Notes under the pieces: model-generated
The model's input: the letters and a program-made list of their open reading frames with translations, nothing else
Told to the model about the DNA's origin: nothing
The model's database searches: none
Position numbers and translations under genes: made by a program
Shown here: positions 1 to 10,389 of the stretch, piece after piece
Numbering within the stretch: position 1 is the first letter of the stretch
Layout: every line of letters begins with the position of its first letter
DNA from: Pelagomonas calceolata
Taxonomy: Eukaryota
Direction of reading: 5' to 3'
Length of the DNA: 64,000 nucleotides
Assembly: GCA_918797485.1 (NCBI GenBank)
Contig: CAKKNE010000006.1
Span: 310,001 to 374,000, forward strand

Positions 1-3000
1 CTCGCCCTCGGCTACCGGGCCTGGGCGGCGCACGTCACACGCCTCACGAAGAAGGAGGCCGCCGTCGTGCGTTTGACGCGGCTGGCCACCGGAACTCTCC
101 GGAAGTGGCGCCGCCGGGGCCTCGCGAAGGGTCTGCGGGCCTGGCGCGGCTTTGTGGCGGAGTGCACAGCACTCGAACGTAAATTCGCGACGGTCGTGCG
201 CGCGCTCCGGGCGGGGTTGCAGTGGTGGGCGACGGGTCGCTTGAAGGTAGCGTTGAGGCGGTGGCACGCCACTATCGCCTTCTTCGACGATCTCGAAAGG
301 TGCGTCCTGCGCATGTTGCGAAGGCGCCTCGCGGTCGGCTTCCAGACTTTGGTGTCCGTAGTGGGCCTCGCCACAAAGCGCCAACGGGCCATCCACCGGG
401 TCCTGCGATCAAAGAAGCGTAGTATTAGGCACATGCAGCATAGGAGACTAGGCCGGGCCCTGCGCGTTTTATGTCTCAACGGCTCGTCAACAAGTCAGAG
501 CTCCAAGGACAAGGGCACGGCCGTGGCTTTGCTCAAAAGGTACGCGCGGCGCTGGGAGGGCGGCCAGAAGCATTTGGCGGTGCGGATTTGGTGTAGAAAT
601 GCGGCCGCGCGAACGTCCAAGGGCGCGGCGGCGCTGCGGGCTCTTAACATAGGCCAACGGGCTCTGAGGAGGCTTCTTCGACTCCGTCTTTCAATGTCAA
701 TGAACGCGTGGCGTAGTAGAACGGTCAACGATCATCGGGCGATGGCCATCCTGGCCAAGGTCGCGCTGCGCTGGAGGGCCGGCGCCGTCAGCAGATCATA
801 TAGGAGGTGGGCGTTGACGGCGCGCCGGTTCACGGCGCGCAAGGTCGCCATGGTTCAGTTGGGGAGGGCCCTGCTGCGGTGCGGCGCCAGGCACCGGCGC
901 AATGGGCTCGGTGCTGTTCTGGTCGCGTGGCGCGCACTATGTGTGATGGAGTCCGACTCGGACAAGGACAAGCGCCACGCCATTTCTGTCTTAGCGCGGG
1001 GCGCTTTCAAGTCAAAACGCCTCGCGCTCATCCATGGCGTGCGGACGTGGCGCGCCCACGCTCTTATTATGAAAGACGACGCGGCGCGGGCGCGCATCCT
1101 GCACCTTTTATCAAATCGCTGCGGCCGCCGCGTTCTTCGTAGAGCCATCAACCAGTTGCGCCCTGTGTGGAAATCAACCAGTGTGTCAGGTGCTCATTTC
1201 TCGGCGATGACGCGGCCGTCCTGGCTCGGCCGATCGGTGAGCAACCGGCATCGCCACGCCATCGAGCAGGCGTCGCGTCGATGGCGTGGAAGACGACGCG
1301 ATGATTCAGCACGAACGCGCCGTAAATTTTGATTTCCCCACAGGTGGCGCCTGAAGCGCACCGCGCCCGCGAAGCGCGCGCTCAAGAGGCACGTCGTCGC
1401 CCGCGTCTCGGCCGTGTCCCGGCGCCAGCTCTTCAAGGCCTTCGTCTTCTGGCGGTCGAGCGCGCCGCGGGCCGCCGAGGACTTCTGGCACGCGAACGAG
1501 TACTTGAGAAGAGCCGTGCGCTCGCGGCGTCCCGCGAGGTGCCTTCTTTTGGCCGTTGCCGTGCGTACGGATGCTCTGCTTTCGCCGCGTGCGCATGACA
1601 TCCACCGCCCCGCGTCGAGGGCCGCGCCAGCAGTCCGAGACGACCCACGCGCGCCGCCACTGCGACGCACGCCCTCGACGCGACCCACACGCGCCGTCGC
1701 CGCCGCCGCGAGCCACGCACACGGTCGCCGCCGCCGCGAGACCCGCCAATAACCCCACAAAAACGCGCAGGTCACCTGCGTCGAGGTCCGCAACGACCCT
1801 TCATTAAAAGCTGCGCTGCGATCCTGCGTGCTGCGTTCGGCGAAGACCGAGCGAGGGTGGTTGCAATTGCAGGCGTGCTGCTTCGATGGGGATGGCGTCT
1901 ACCTCGGCCCGTCGCTCGCAATATACAGAGACGGTTTGACAGATGAAGTGCTGTTAGATGGCGGCGCGGCACAAGTGACCGGAGAGGGCTTTTGTGTGGA
2001 CCGCGTCGGGCGGTCGTCGCTACCGTATGTGATTTCGGAGGGCGACGCCTGGGTGGCTGCTGTGGATGCAAGTCTAGCGCACCACGCCCTCATATTGAGA
2101 AGACTCCACGGCGACCCGCGCTGCCGGCGGCCCTCGCAACGGCGCGCGGCGATCAAAAACTTCCGCGAATCGAAACCCGCGTTCCCCCCGCCCCAATTTG
2201 AAGAAAGAGCGTTAATACCCTCCAACCCTCAAGTCGCGTCGCCTCGGGAAGTCGCGGCGGGCGTCTTGGAAGTGGCCCAGACTGGATCTGAAACGAGACG
2301 CACGGGCCTCCACTCGTTAATTGTGAAGTCGGGCTATTTACTGTATGAGCGGCTGCCGGGCGTCTGGCGGCGGCGGTTCCTCAAGCTACGGGCGGTGAGT
2401 TTCGACGTAGCTTCAAGATACGCGGGGCCTTGCGTCGAGTCTTCGTTAGATGAAGACTCCGAGCCTCTGGCGACGTTTCCGCTGGATAGCACGAGGGTGA
2501 GATCCGGGGCGTCGGAGGCGGGCCTGCACCCCATGCTCTTCGTGGATAGTGCGTCGGGCGCGTCGGAGCGCTTCGCCGCGGCGACGCGGAGAGATAGAGA
2601 CGCGTGGCTGGCCGCCGTCGAGGCCGCGCGCGAGCAGCATTCTACCGTGATCGATTCGTTACGAGGTGAGGTGAGGAGGCCGCCGCCGCCGCCTGAAATA
2701 CCAGAAGAGCCGGAGCGGACGCACCTCTTCCGCTTTGGGGTCAACGCCTCCAAAAAGTTCCAGTGCGTCCACTGCTCGTTTCGCGGGACTTATGAGGAAG
2801 TGGCAGCACATGAAAGGAGCTGCCCCGACGGTGGGATAAAGGGCATCCTGAGCTGCTCTTCTCGAAACTGGAATCAAGCAAGGTACGAGCTGAAAGGTGG
2901 CGCTTTGGTGGGCGACGGCCAGCGTTTTGAGTTAAGGGGGGCTTCTGTGCGCTCTGCCGAGCCGTGCGGCTTCGACGTCGAGGCGCCGGGGCGGGGACCG

Positions 3001-3087
3001 GTGTCGTTCGTCTGCGCTACTGCCGTGGAGCGGGACGGGTGGGTGCGGGCGCTTGGGAGGGTGTGTCGCGTGGCTACGCCCTCGTAA
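1..3087 (+). CDS. 5'-truncated large protein: Trp/Arg-rich helical repeats (Sfi1-like), then two PH-like domains and a CxxC..H..C zinc-finger-like motif. Exons <1-1154, 1344-~1515, 1771-3087
   Basis: Frame 1 is open from base 1. Removing intron 1155-1343 (189 nt) joins ORF 67-1332 to ORF 1414-1752. A GCAG acceptor at 1770 is in frame with ORF 1828-3087; the second donor is uncertain (1516 or 1561). PH-like motifs KSGYLL..WRRRFLKL..RDAWLAAV and ERDGWVRAL. Confidence 0.6.
1163..1343 (+). mobile_element. Introner element; GT-AG intron 1155-1343
   Basis: TIRs CTGTGTGGAAATCAA / TTGATTTCCCCACAG; TSD GTTGCGCC (1155-1162) / GTGGCGCC (1344-1351); splicing removes an in-frame stop. Confidence 0.92.
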
Positions 3088-3163
3088 TTTATTGTGTTTT
3101 GAATTATCTCCAGCACGCGTTCCCTGGGCTTCGTGCGCCGCGCTTGCGTTTTTGAGGCTGCTT

Positions 3164-3187
3164 GCTAGTGTCTTACAGGCCGCTAGC
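3164..3187 (+). promoter_or_regulatory. Intergenic GCTAG..CGCTAGC motif copy
   Basis: GCTAGTGTCTTACAGGCCGCTAGC; recurs in intergenic DNA; function inferred. Confidence 0.55.
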
Positions 3188-3331
3188 CTATCGATCCGGT
3201 TTTTTCACAAGCGCGCGGCGCTGATCGCGAGCGTCGGCGGCGTCGACAAGCTCGACTCCTTCTGGGGTCAGCGGGACAAGACGCGGCAGCAACGCGACCG
3301 CGAGAGCCGCGCGGCGAACTTCGACCGCCGG

Positions 3332-3415
3332 CCGCGGCCTGATGGGTTTGCCGGGCTGTTCTTCTTCTGAGTCCCGCGGCCGCATGGGTTTCCCGGCCTG
3401 ATCTTCTTCTGAGTC
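3332..3415. repeat. Two 42-bp tandem direct repeats
   Basis: 3332-3373 and 3374-3415 match at 37/42 positions. Confidence 0.85.
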
Positions 3416-3494
3416 GGGCTACGCTATCGGGGAGTAAGACGTCTGGGTAGAGATTTAAGAAACAGACCTTAAACGCGACGGCGGGGCAAAAGAT

Positions 3495-4208
3495 CTACTT
3501 CGCGCGCGCGCGCATCTTTCTGCGCTTGCGCTGGAGGCGGCGCGTGCGCTTCTTCTTCCACTTCCAGCGCATCTTCGACGTCGACTTCTTGTAGCGCGAC
3601 GCCTCGCCGCCGCCGGCGACGTTCAGCAGGAGCTCGATCGACGAGCCGTCGGCGAGCTCGTTGTCCTCGAGCGTGCCCGTCGTGAGGTCGCGGCCGCCGG
3701 CCGACAGGCGCTGGAGGTCCGCGGGGATGAAGGACTCGTCTTCGATGACGTCCTTGAGTTGGCCTACCGTTAAAGCGCCGTCCACATCCAATGTGGAGGT
3801 CCGCCCCTCGGCGGAGACGAAGAGCTGCACCTGCGGGGGAGGGGCGGGTGAGCGGTGGCGCGCGGCGGCGGCGTGGGCGGGAGCTCTGGTAGGGGGGGTG
3901 TGGGAGCAGTCGGGCAGGCGGCGTCTCGGGCGGTCCCGGTGAGCCTCGGTGGCGCTAGCAAGCCCTCGGGCCGTCGCGGGCCCCCGCGGTGGCCCTAGCA
4001 AGCGCTCCGGGCCGCTGCGAGCCCGGCAGCGCGTACGGGCGTGTGCTGGGCCGCGCCGCGCCGCCAGGGGGCCAAATTTAGCTGCAAGCAGCAGAGGGCT
4101 GCTTTTGGCCGCCACGCGTCGTGTGAGGGCCCCGTCTTCGGAGGAGGTCTTTTTCGTGGCTAAGGCTAGCCGCGGGAGGTGTTGGCTGGGCGCTGGAGTC
4201 GTTACCAT
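3495..4208 (-). CDS. RPL41: Ubiquitin-like domain fused to ribosomal protein eL41 (eS32). Exons 4208-4206 (ATG only) and 3830-3495
   Basis: ATG|GTAAC donor at 4205 and CCCGCAG acceptor at 3831. UBL fold VQLFV..TVGQLKDVIE..IPADLQRLS..LLLNVAGG, then ASRYKKSTSKMRWKWKKKRTRRLQRKRRKMRARAK (eL41-like). Confidence 0.85.
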   Translation of the reverse strand: MVTTPAPSQHLPRLALATKKTSSEDGALTRRVAAKSSPLLLAAKFGPLAARRGPAHARTRCRARSGPERLLGPPRGPATARGLASATEAHRDRPRRRLPDCSHTPPTRAPAHAAAARHRSPAPPPQVQLFVSAEGRTSTLDVDGALTVGQLKDVIEDESFIPADLQRLSAGGRDLTTGTLEDNELADGSSIELLLNVAGGGEASRYKKSTSKMRWKWKKKRTRRLQRKRRKMRARAK

Positions 4209-4253
4209 GGGTGCAGAGCGCCCTTGCTCGAGCGATGCCGTCGCAAAAGAAGA

Positions 4254-4277
4254 GCTAGTGTCTTTACAATCGCTAGC
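4254..4277 (+). promoter_or_regulatory. Intergenic GCTAG..CGCTAGC motif copy, between divergent genes
   Basis: GCTAGTGTCTTTACAATCGCTAGC. Confidence 0.6.
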
Positions 4278-4638
4278 GAAATGATTCAATTCAAGAGCCA
4301 TCTGTCCAAGTGCGACGCCTGGGGCACCCCTGGGACAGGCTAGCGAGCCACGGCGTGAGCGGCGACTGCAGCCCATAAAAGAGCCAAAGCTGTGCCAATA
4401 TACAGCAGCTGCAGCGTAAGATCAGCTGCATTTGTCACGGCTGACCCAAAAAAAACACGTGCGCTGCAAAAAATCGCTTCCAGACGCCGCAGACACAGCC
4501 GACACTGAGGCTGCAAAAAGCAACACACCACAAGACGCCGCCGCAGCGATCATAACTTGAAACAGCGCCGCCGCAGCGACGCGATCACAGCGTGCAAAAA
4601 GCGCCACCTCCGCCGCGACAACAGCACTACTCACAAAC

Positions 4639-5868
4639 ATGGCCGAGTTCGACGCCGACGCCTTCGCGGACAGCCTCCCCGGCTGGGACCCTGAAGCGCG
4701 CGCCGCCTTCCTCGCGTCGCTCGACGACGACGAGGCGCCCGAGCTCCCATTGTTAGCGGAGTCCGTCGACGAGATGGACCCGGCCATGGTCGAGGCGTTG
4801 ATGCAGCTGAGGGACGGCGGCGAGCCTCCCTCGGAGCTCGCCGTCGACGCCAAAAATAGAGGCAATGCCCATTTCAAACGGGCGGCGTCGACCAAGAATA
4901 AACTCTTCTACCGCGAGGCCGCCAAGGAGTACTCCGACGGCCTCGCGCTCTGCGTCGCCGCGCGGAGCGAAGAAAACGATGAAGAGGACCCGCAGACGCG
5001 GCTCACGTTGCACGCGAACCGCGCGGCGTGCTCGCTCGCCTTGAAGAACTACGGCGAGTGCGTCAAGGACTGCAAGGCCGCGTTAGCCATCGACGAAACC
5101 AACGCGAAGGCCGCCTACCGCCTCGCGCGGGCGTTGATAGGACTGAAGAAGCACAAGCAAGCGCGGGACGCGGCGCAGTGGGGCCTCGCGAGCGCGCCCG
5201 ACGACAAGGCTTTGACAAAGACCTTGGCGGAGGCGCAGCGCGGCCTCGCCCAGGCCGACGCCTACGCGGCCAAGGTCGCCGCAAAGAACGCGTCAGAAGC
5301 CGCGACGCACCGCGCCGTCTTCGACGCCTGCGACGCGCTGAGCGTGCGCCTCGGGCCCGCGCCGCCGGCGACGGGCCGCGCCTACGACGCCTGGCCCTTT
5401 CTGGAGGGAGGGGAGCTGCGCGTGCCCGTCGTCTTCGCCTACCCCGAGGTCGACGACGCGCCCCCCGATTTGCTTGAGGCCTGCGCGCCCTCGGACTTGA
5501 TCGCCGACTGGCTCTTGACGTTATTTCCGGACGACAACGGCCCGGCCTGGGATACTGCCGGCGCGTACCGCGCGCCCGTAGTTACATGCTACGCGCGGCT
5601 GCGCCAGGTCACGGGCTTTTACCGGGGCGACGCGTACGCCGAGTACCGCGCGCGGCGCGAGAAGGATGGGGGCAGGTTCGACGGGGAAGACGCGCGCGAC
5701 GACGCGTACCTCGAGGTGCCCGCGGCGGCGGCGTTTCTGGACGTGCTCTCGCACCCGCACTTTGTCCTGGGCGGGCCGTTAGTCGTGGAAGTGCGAGCGC
5801 CGTCGGCGGACCACGACGGCTGGCGCGCGCGGACCAAGGTGCGGGAGATGTCGCTCGTCGCGGCGTGA
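4639..5868 (+). CDS. TTC4: TPR co-chaperone CNS1/TTC4
   Basis: Three TPRs (KNRGNAHFK, LHANRAAC, NAKAAYRLARA) and a C-terminal PVVFAYPE wheel-domain motif; intronless, 409 aa. Confidence 0.75.
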   Translation: MAEFDADAFADSLPGWDPEARAAFLASLDDDEAPELPLLAESVDEMDPAMVEALMQLRDGGEPPSELAVDAKNRGNAHFKRAASTKNKLFYREAAKEYSDGLALCVAARSEENDEEDPQTRLTLHANRAACSLALKNYGECVKDCKAALAIDETNAKAAYRLARALIGLKKHKQARDAAQWGLASAPDDKALTKTLAEAQRGLAQADAYAAKVAAKNASEAATHRAVFDACDALSVRLGPAPPATGRAYDAWPFLEGGELRVPVVFAYPEVDDAPPDLLEACAPSDLIADWLLTLFPDDNGPAWDTAGAYRAPVVTCYARLRQVTGFYRGDAYAEYRARREKDGGRFDGEDARDDAYLEVPAAAAFLDVLSHPHFVLGGPLVVEVRAPSADHDGWRARTKVREMSLVAA

Positions 5869-6332
5869 GGCGTGTAATGTCTGTGTTGTTCTTCGGCGGG
5901 TGTATCTGTTACGGTGCTGGGACTAGTGGGCGGCGCCCCTGGGCCTGTGGGAGACACCGTTTCATCGGCGGCGGGCGTGCCGCGTTTTTTATAACAGCGT
6001 ACCTCTTTCTATGCCCCAACATATTGTTACGGTGCTAGCTCTGTCTAGGACGTAGCGGCTAGTACGTGACACGCTAGATCAAGCAGCCAAGCGCGAGGGA
6101 GCTCGCTTGGCAAGCTAAAAGCATTGCATCATTCAACGGCACTCACGAGAGCTGTACGTGCACCGTGCCGCGTGCATGCAAGCACGCCTCAGCATCTCTC
6201 AGCTAGCCAGCATACCTCGCACAGCGGCGTGAAGCGCTGTAGCGCGGCGCGGCCGTACCAGTGGTCAGTGCGGGCGCAGCAGCCGCAGACGACACGCCGC
6301 AGTGAAAGGGCGAAACGCCGCGTCGCAGCAAA

Positions 6333-7345
6333 ATGGGCAAGAAGGATCGGCTATGTCCGAACCCCGTGATGGCCCACAAAAAAAAGATGAAGCAGAAGGA
6401 GATCAAGCGCAACAAGCGTCACAAGGTCGAGCGCCAGGAGGCGCAGGAGCTCCTCCGCGACCCCGACGCGCTCGCCGCCGAGATCGCGCGCGTCGCCGAG
6501 GACGCGACGCATAGCTCCGAGGCTCGTGCGAAACTGAAGGCGCTCCAGGCGCACCAGAAGGTGCTGGCGAAGAGCATCGCGGCGGACGCTAAGCGGCGTC
6601 CCGAAGAGCTTGGCTTCAAGGGAGCGGGCTCTCCTCGCGGCCCGCCGCCGCGAGGCGCTGCAGGCCCTCGCGGCTCCCAGGCTCGGCCTCCTCCGCCACC
6701 ACCCCGGGGCGCACCGCCCGCGCACGCGTTCGTGGGCCGAGGTCCGCCGTCGGCGCCTGTGTGGAAATCAAGCACTGCGGGAGACCTTCGTCTGAAGTTT
6801 GAACTCCGCACAGGCCGCCGCCGCCGCGAGGGGCGCCGCCGCCGCCCCGAGGCGCGCCGCCCGCTCACGCGTTCGTGAGCCGCGGGCCGCCCCCTCCGCC
6901 TCCTCGCGCACCGTTCCCGCGAGGCGCGGCGCCGAGCGCTGGCTTCTGCCCGCCGCTGCCACCGGGCCCGCCGCCGCGCGTGCGCCGCCGCCCGCCGCCG
7001 CCGCCCGGGAAGCCTCCTCCCCACGCTTTCCCACGACTGCCGGAGAAGCGCGCCGCCGCCGACGCGGGCCCAGTGGGGCCGGCGCGGCCGAAGGGACCCA
7101 AGGTGCTGGGCCGCGCGGACGGTGTTGAGGACCTCGTGCGCGACCAAACCTTTGTGCCGGCGAACATCCGCGGTGTCCGGCGCCGGCCAGCGGCGCCCAA
7201 GCGGAAGCGACCCGTGAGCGCGACGACGACGTCGGCGCCGGCGCAGATCCACGCGGCGCCCACGCCCGCGCCCGCGCCCGCGGACGCCGCCTTCTCCGCG
7301 TTCATGGACGAGATGCGGGAGCTGCCGGAGCCGGGTAAGTCTTGA
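6333..7345 (+). CDS. WBP11: WW-domain-binding protein 11-like splicing factor. Exons 6333-6748 and 6814-7345
   Basis: N-terminal NP..AHKKKMKQKEIKRNK..LRDP, proline-rich middle, C-terminal DAAFSAFMDEMREL; a 65-nt intron joins ORFs 6333 and 6875. Confidence 0.75.
6757..6813 (+). mobile_element. Minimal (57-bp) introner; GT-AG intron 6749-6813
   Basis: CTGTGTGGAAATCAA..TTGAACTCCGCACAG; TSD GTCGGCGC / GCCGCCGC; splicing restores the frame. Confidence 0.8.
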
Positions 7346-7496
7346 TCGTACGTAGTACTAGAGTTTATGCGGGTTCTAGTTTTGGGGGAGGTACATCTGA
7401 CTGTACGGTGCTTCGGTCAAGGGGGTCCGCGGAGGGGGTAGTAGAGGTTCGCGGCGGAATGAGGGGACGGGGACCGAGCGTTGAGTGGATGTATGT

Positions 7497-7757
7497 TCAT
7501 TGCGCCGTCGGCGCGCCAGTGGCCGTGGGCGTCGAGGTCGGGGCGTACGTTTCCGTGGTCGGTGCGTAGCTCGGTGCTTCGGTCGTGCGCGTGGGGGCGT
7601 AGGTCTCGGTGCGGGTCGGGGAAAGCGTCGCCGTGGGCTCTGGCGTCGTCGGCTCGGCCGTCGGCGCCTCCGTAGCCGTGGGACTCATCACGTCCGTGGT
7701 CGGCGCCATCGTGGGTGCCTCTGTAGTGTAGCTGTAGGAGTACGTCGGCGGAGCCGC
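7497..7757 (-). pseudogene. Thr/Pro-rich mucin-like (TEAPT/TYAPT) exon following a lone introner acceptor end; 5' part of the gene not evident
   Basis: Repeated TEAPT/YAPT peptide; GATTTCCACACAG at 7758-7770 on the minus strand with no partner TIR or TSD seen. Confidence 0.4.
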
Positions 7758-7925
7758 CTGTGTGGAAATCGCCCGGTGATCCTCGTCGATCTCGTGCCGG
7801 TGGGGTAGAAGTTCAAACGGACACGGGTCGCGGACAGTGCTTGTCGTCGACGATGGCATCAGCGTGCCGAGAATCTTGATAACGCGCAGTAGCCGCAGGA
7901 GGGCAGCACTAAGTCTTGCGGAGCA

Positions 7926-7947
7926 CCTAGCGTAACGACATACTAGC
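7926..7947 (-). promoter_or_regulatory. Divergent copy of the intergenic GCTAG motif
   Basis: Minus strand GCTAGTATGTCGTTACGCTAGG. Confidence 0.4.
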
Positions 7948-8329
7948 AAATTCAAAAATACGCCTCGATGGCGTCAAAAGAATAACCCAAATTCAGAATA
8001 CATCCTAGTTGTTCGCCGAGACCAAATATTTCATACTAGCGGCCCGGGAACATACCCTCGCGCTTCCCGGAAGGCACCGCCCGCGACATTCACGGATGAG
8101 TCTTACGGCTCGCCAAAATACACCAGCGATTGACGCCGCCATCTACCGTCCAAATGGGACATTATATCAACTCCAGCCCAGTTTTCATACAAGTTCGACG
8201 GAACCGGAGCCGACGGCCCGCGCTCGGAGGGCGGGGGAAGAATTCTACTAGACAACTCTCGCGTTTATGTTCGTTTCCTTCCGTTTGTTAGTGGTAGATT
8301 CCATTTAGGCCGGATGAACACGTACTCAT

Positions 8330-8775
8330 CTACATTAGGGGCTCCGTTAGAGCCTCGCGAAACGACGAATCCGCGCCCCACGTTTTTACACAGACAGCCG
8401 CAAATCCTGGACCTGCTGGTATCAGCGATGCCACTATCCAGATGGACCATAACGCCGTTGTTCTATTCACAATCGACCGACTTGCCCGTTCTCCGCGGAC
8501 GACGGTGCGTAGACGGAGGGCGGGAAAGGGCCCAGACCGGTGAATTATAAAATAAATTTGCGTTTCAGGCGCTTCAGTTCTAGTACGGGCCAGATAACTG
8601 GCCTGAGCGCGTCCTACATTGCTCCGAGACCCCAAGATGCTCGGCGCGGGTCGTCGGACTCGCGAGCCCACAATCTGGCTATATTTGGCTCCAGACCCGA
8701 ACCTGCGACCATCAGCCCGCGTACCTTCACCATGGACCATAACGCGATCATTTGTTTCATTATCGACGGACTTAC
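8330..8775. repeat. Diverged direct repeat with ~290-bp period inside a lower-GC segment
   Basis: 8411-8483 aligns without gaps to 8701-8773 (ACCTGC, ATCAGC, ATGGACCATAACGC, ATCGAC, GACTT). Confidence 0.65.
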
Positions 8776-9403
8776 GCGAGGTCCAGATCAAGATGTTCAC
8801 GTCCCGAGCGTGGGCAGCCAAAAGTACCCTTCTTATGATGTAGATGTCATATACTTGTAATTGACTATCGGTGGGGTAGTATATGATCCAACGAGACCGT
8901 TATTACGATTCCTGGGGGCCCTCGGGTAATTGACGTTTTTGACGGGAACGGGGCGCCATCGGGTCCAAATTGCACACTTTTTTCGGGGGCTGATCGGCTC
9001 CCGGACTCCCTCCGGGATAGGTCTGGGGTCGGGTAGTCGCCTACGCCGCATGCGCCCGTACTTGGAGCTCCCCAGAGAGCTCTGGATCGAAATCTTTGGC
9101 AAATCATGGCCAATAAAAGGTTATCGCAAAGCACCTTGGGAGATGCATCTTACGTTGGAAGCGGCCGCGTAGGCGGCGTAGGCGATTGCCCACGTCTTTT
9201 ACCGACCCTAGGCGGCCCCGGGGAGACTTCAGGACCACGGATTGACAGGATTCCACCGACGCGCCCGCCATGGTGGCGTCGTCAATTTCGCAAATTAAAA
9301 AAATTAATTTTTCGGCCCCCCAGTAAGTGTCCCATTGATCTCTTTGGACCGTTAGCGAACGGAACGATACTCAAACGGCTGCATGGCGCGTTCGAGTTTG
9401 CTT

Positions 9404-9428
9404 GCTAGTGTCTTTACATGCCGCTAGC
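9404..9428 (+). promoter_or_regulatory. Intergenic GCTAG..CGCTAGC motif copy
   Basis: GCTAGTGTCTTTACATGCCGCTAGC, ~190 bp upstream of ATG 9620. Confidence 0.6.
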
Positions 9429-9619
9429 TGTCGATTTGCCGAACCTCCCCGCGGCGCAGGGCTTGCCAACGCTTCAGCAGCGCAGGAGTTACGCAAATAT
9501 ACTGCGTAGTCTGGTCGCGCTGGCGCATTTCATCGCTAAGGCCGCGCGAACCCTCTCACAAGCCACGCAGCACACAGCCTCACGCAAGGCAGCCATCACA
9601 GTGAGCTAAAAAAAAAAAC

Positions 9620-10063
9620 ATGCTCAGCGTCTCCCCCCACTTCCGAGCCAACCACCCGGCCTTCGCCGCGCACCGCGCGCCACCACCTGCAGCGGCCGCG
9701 GCCGCCGACGACGCCGACTACGTCCTCGCGCTGTCGCCCGAGTGGGCGGCGAAACTCAAGCCGACGATCGAGCGGCTCCGCGCGCGCGACGGCGGCGGCG
9801 GGCGGAAGAAGCAGCCCCGGCGGAGGAAGGCCAAAAACAAGCGCCCGGCGCCGGCGCCGGCGCCGGCCGCGGACCTCGCGGCCCTCGCCGCCGCCGCGCA
9901 GGAGTACGCCGCCGCGCGCAGCAATGACGACGACGACGCGGCGGAGCCGACGACGGCGCGGACCATCAGCGCCCCCCCGGACGAGAGCGCCGCCGAGCCC
10001 ACGCTCCAGGAGTCGCTCGAGACGCGGCGGGACCAGCTTCTGGCGTGGCTCAGTCTAAGTTGA
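9620..10063 (+). CDS. Hypothetical protein (147 aa, basic NLS-like patch)
   Basis: ATG after an A-rich leader, GC3-rich codons; no recognised domain. Confidence 0.55.
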   Translation: MLSVSPHFRANHPAFAAHRAPPPAAAAAADDADYVLALSPEWAAKLKPTIERLRARDGGGGRKKQPRRRKAKNKRPAPAPAPAADLAALAAAAQEYAAARSNDDDDAAEPTTARTISAPPDESAAEPTLQESLETRRDQLLAWLSLS

Positions 10064-10254
10064 CACGTTTACTACCCTTTCGCGTCGATGGCGTCTGGAA
10101 TTGGGGGGGCCAGACAGCGCGTCGATTCGCGATATTCGTCGCCGCCGAAACCCGACCACACGGCTTTACTACCGCTCCGGGGCGCGGCTTCCAGGGCCCC
10201 CGCGCTTAGGAAATGTTCTTTTACGGTGCTAGGAGTAGTGGGCCGCGCTGAGGG

Positions 10255-10277
10255 GCTAGCGCCTGTTAGGCACTAGC
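10255..10277 (-). promoter_or_regulatory. Intergenic GCTAG..CGCTAGC motif copy
   Basis: Minus strand GCTAGTGCCTAACAGGCGCTAGC, ~110 bp upstream of ATG 10390. Confidence 0.55.
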
Positions 10278-10389
10278 AAGCCAGTTTGATGCGCATGCTG
10301 GTTTCGGGCATTTCGCACAGCAGCAGCCCGTGCCGTTGCGCGTTGCGAGCCCGCATTCGTTAAAAGGGCAGCCCCTTACACACAGAGAG

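Noticed and set aside
3831..4376. Long N-terminal extension of the 293-aa ORF 3495-4376
   Set aside because: Better explained as a GC-rich intron plus upstream DNA; ATG|GT at 4208 and CAG at 3831 give a clean UBL start
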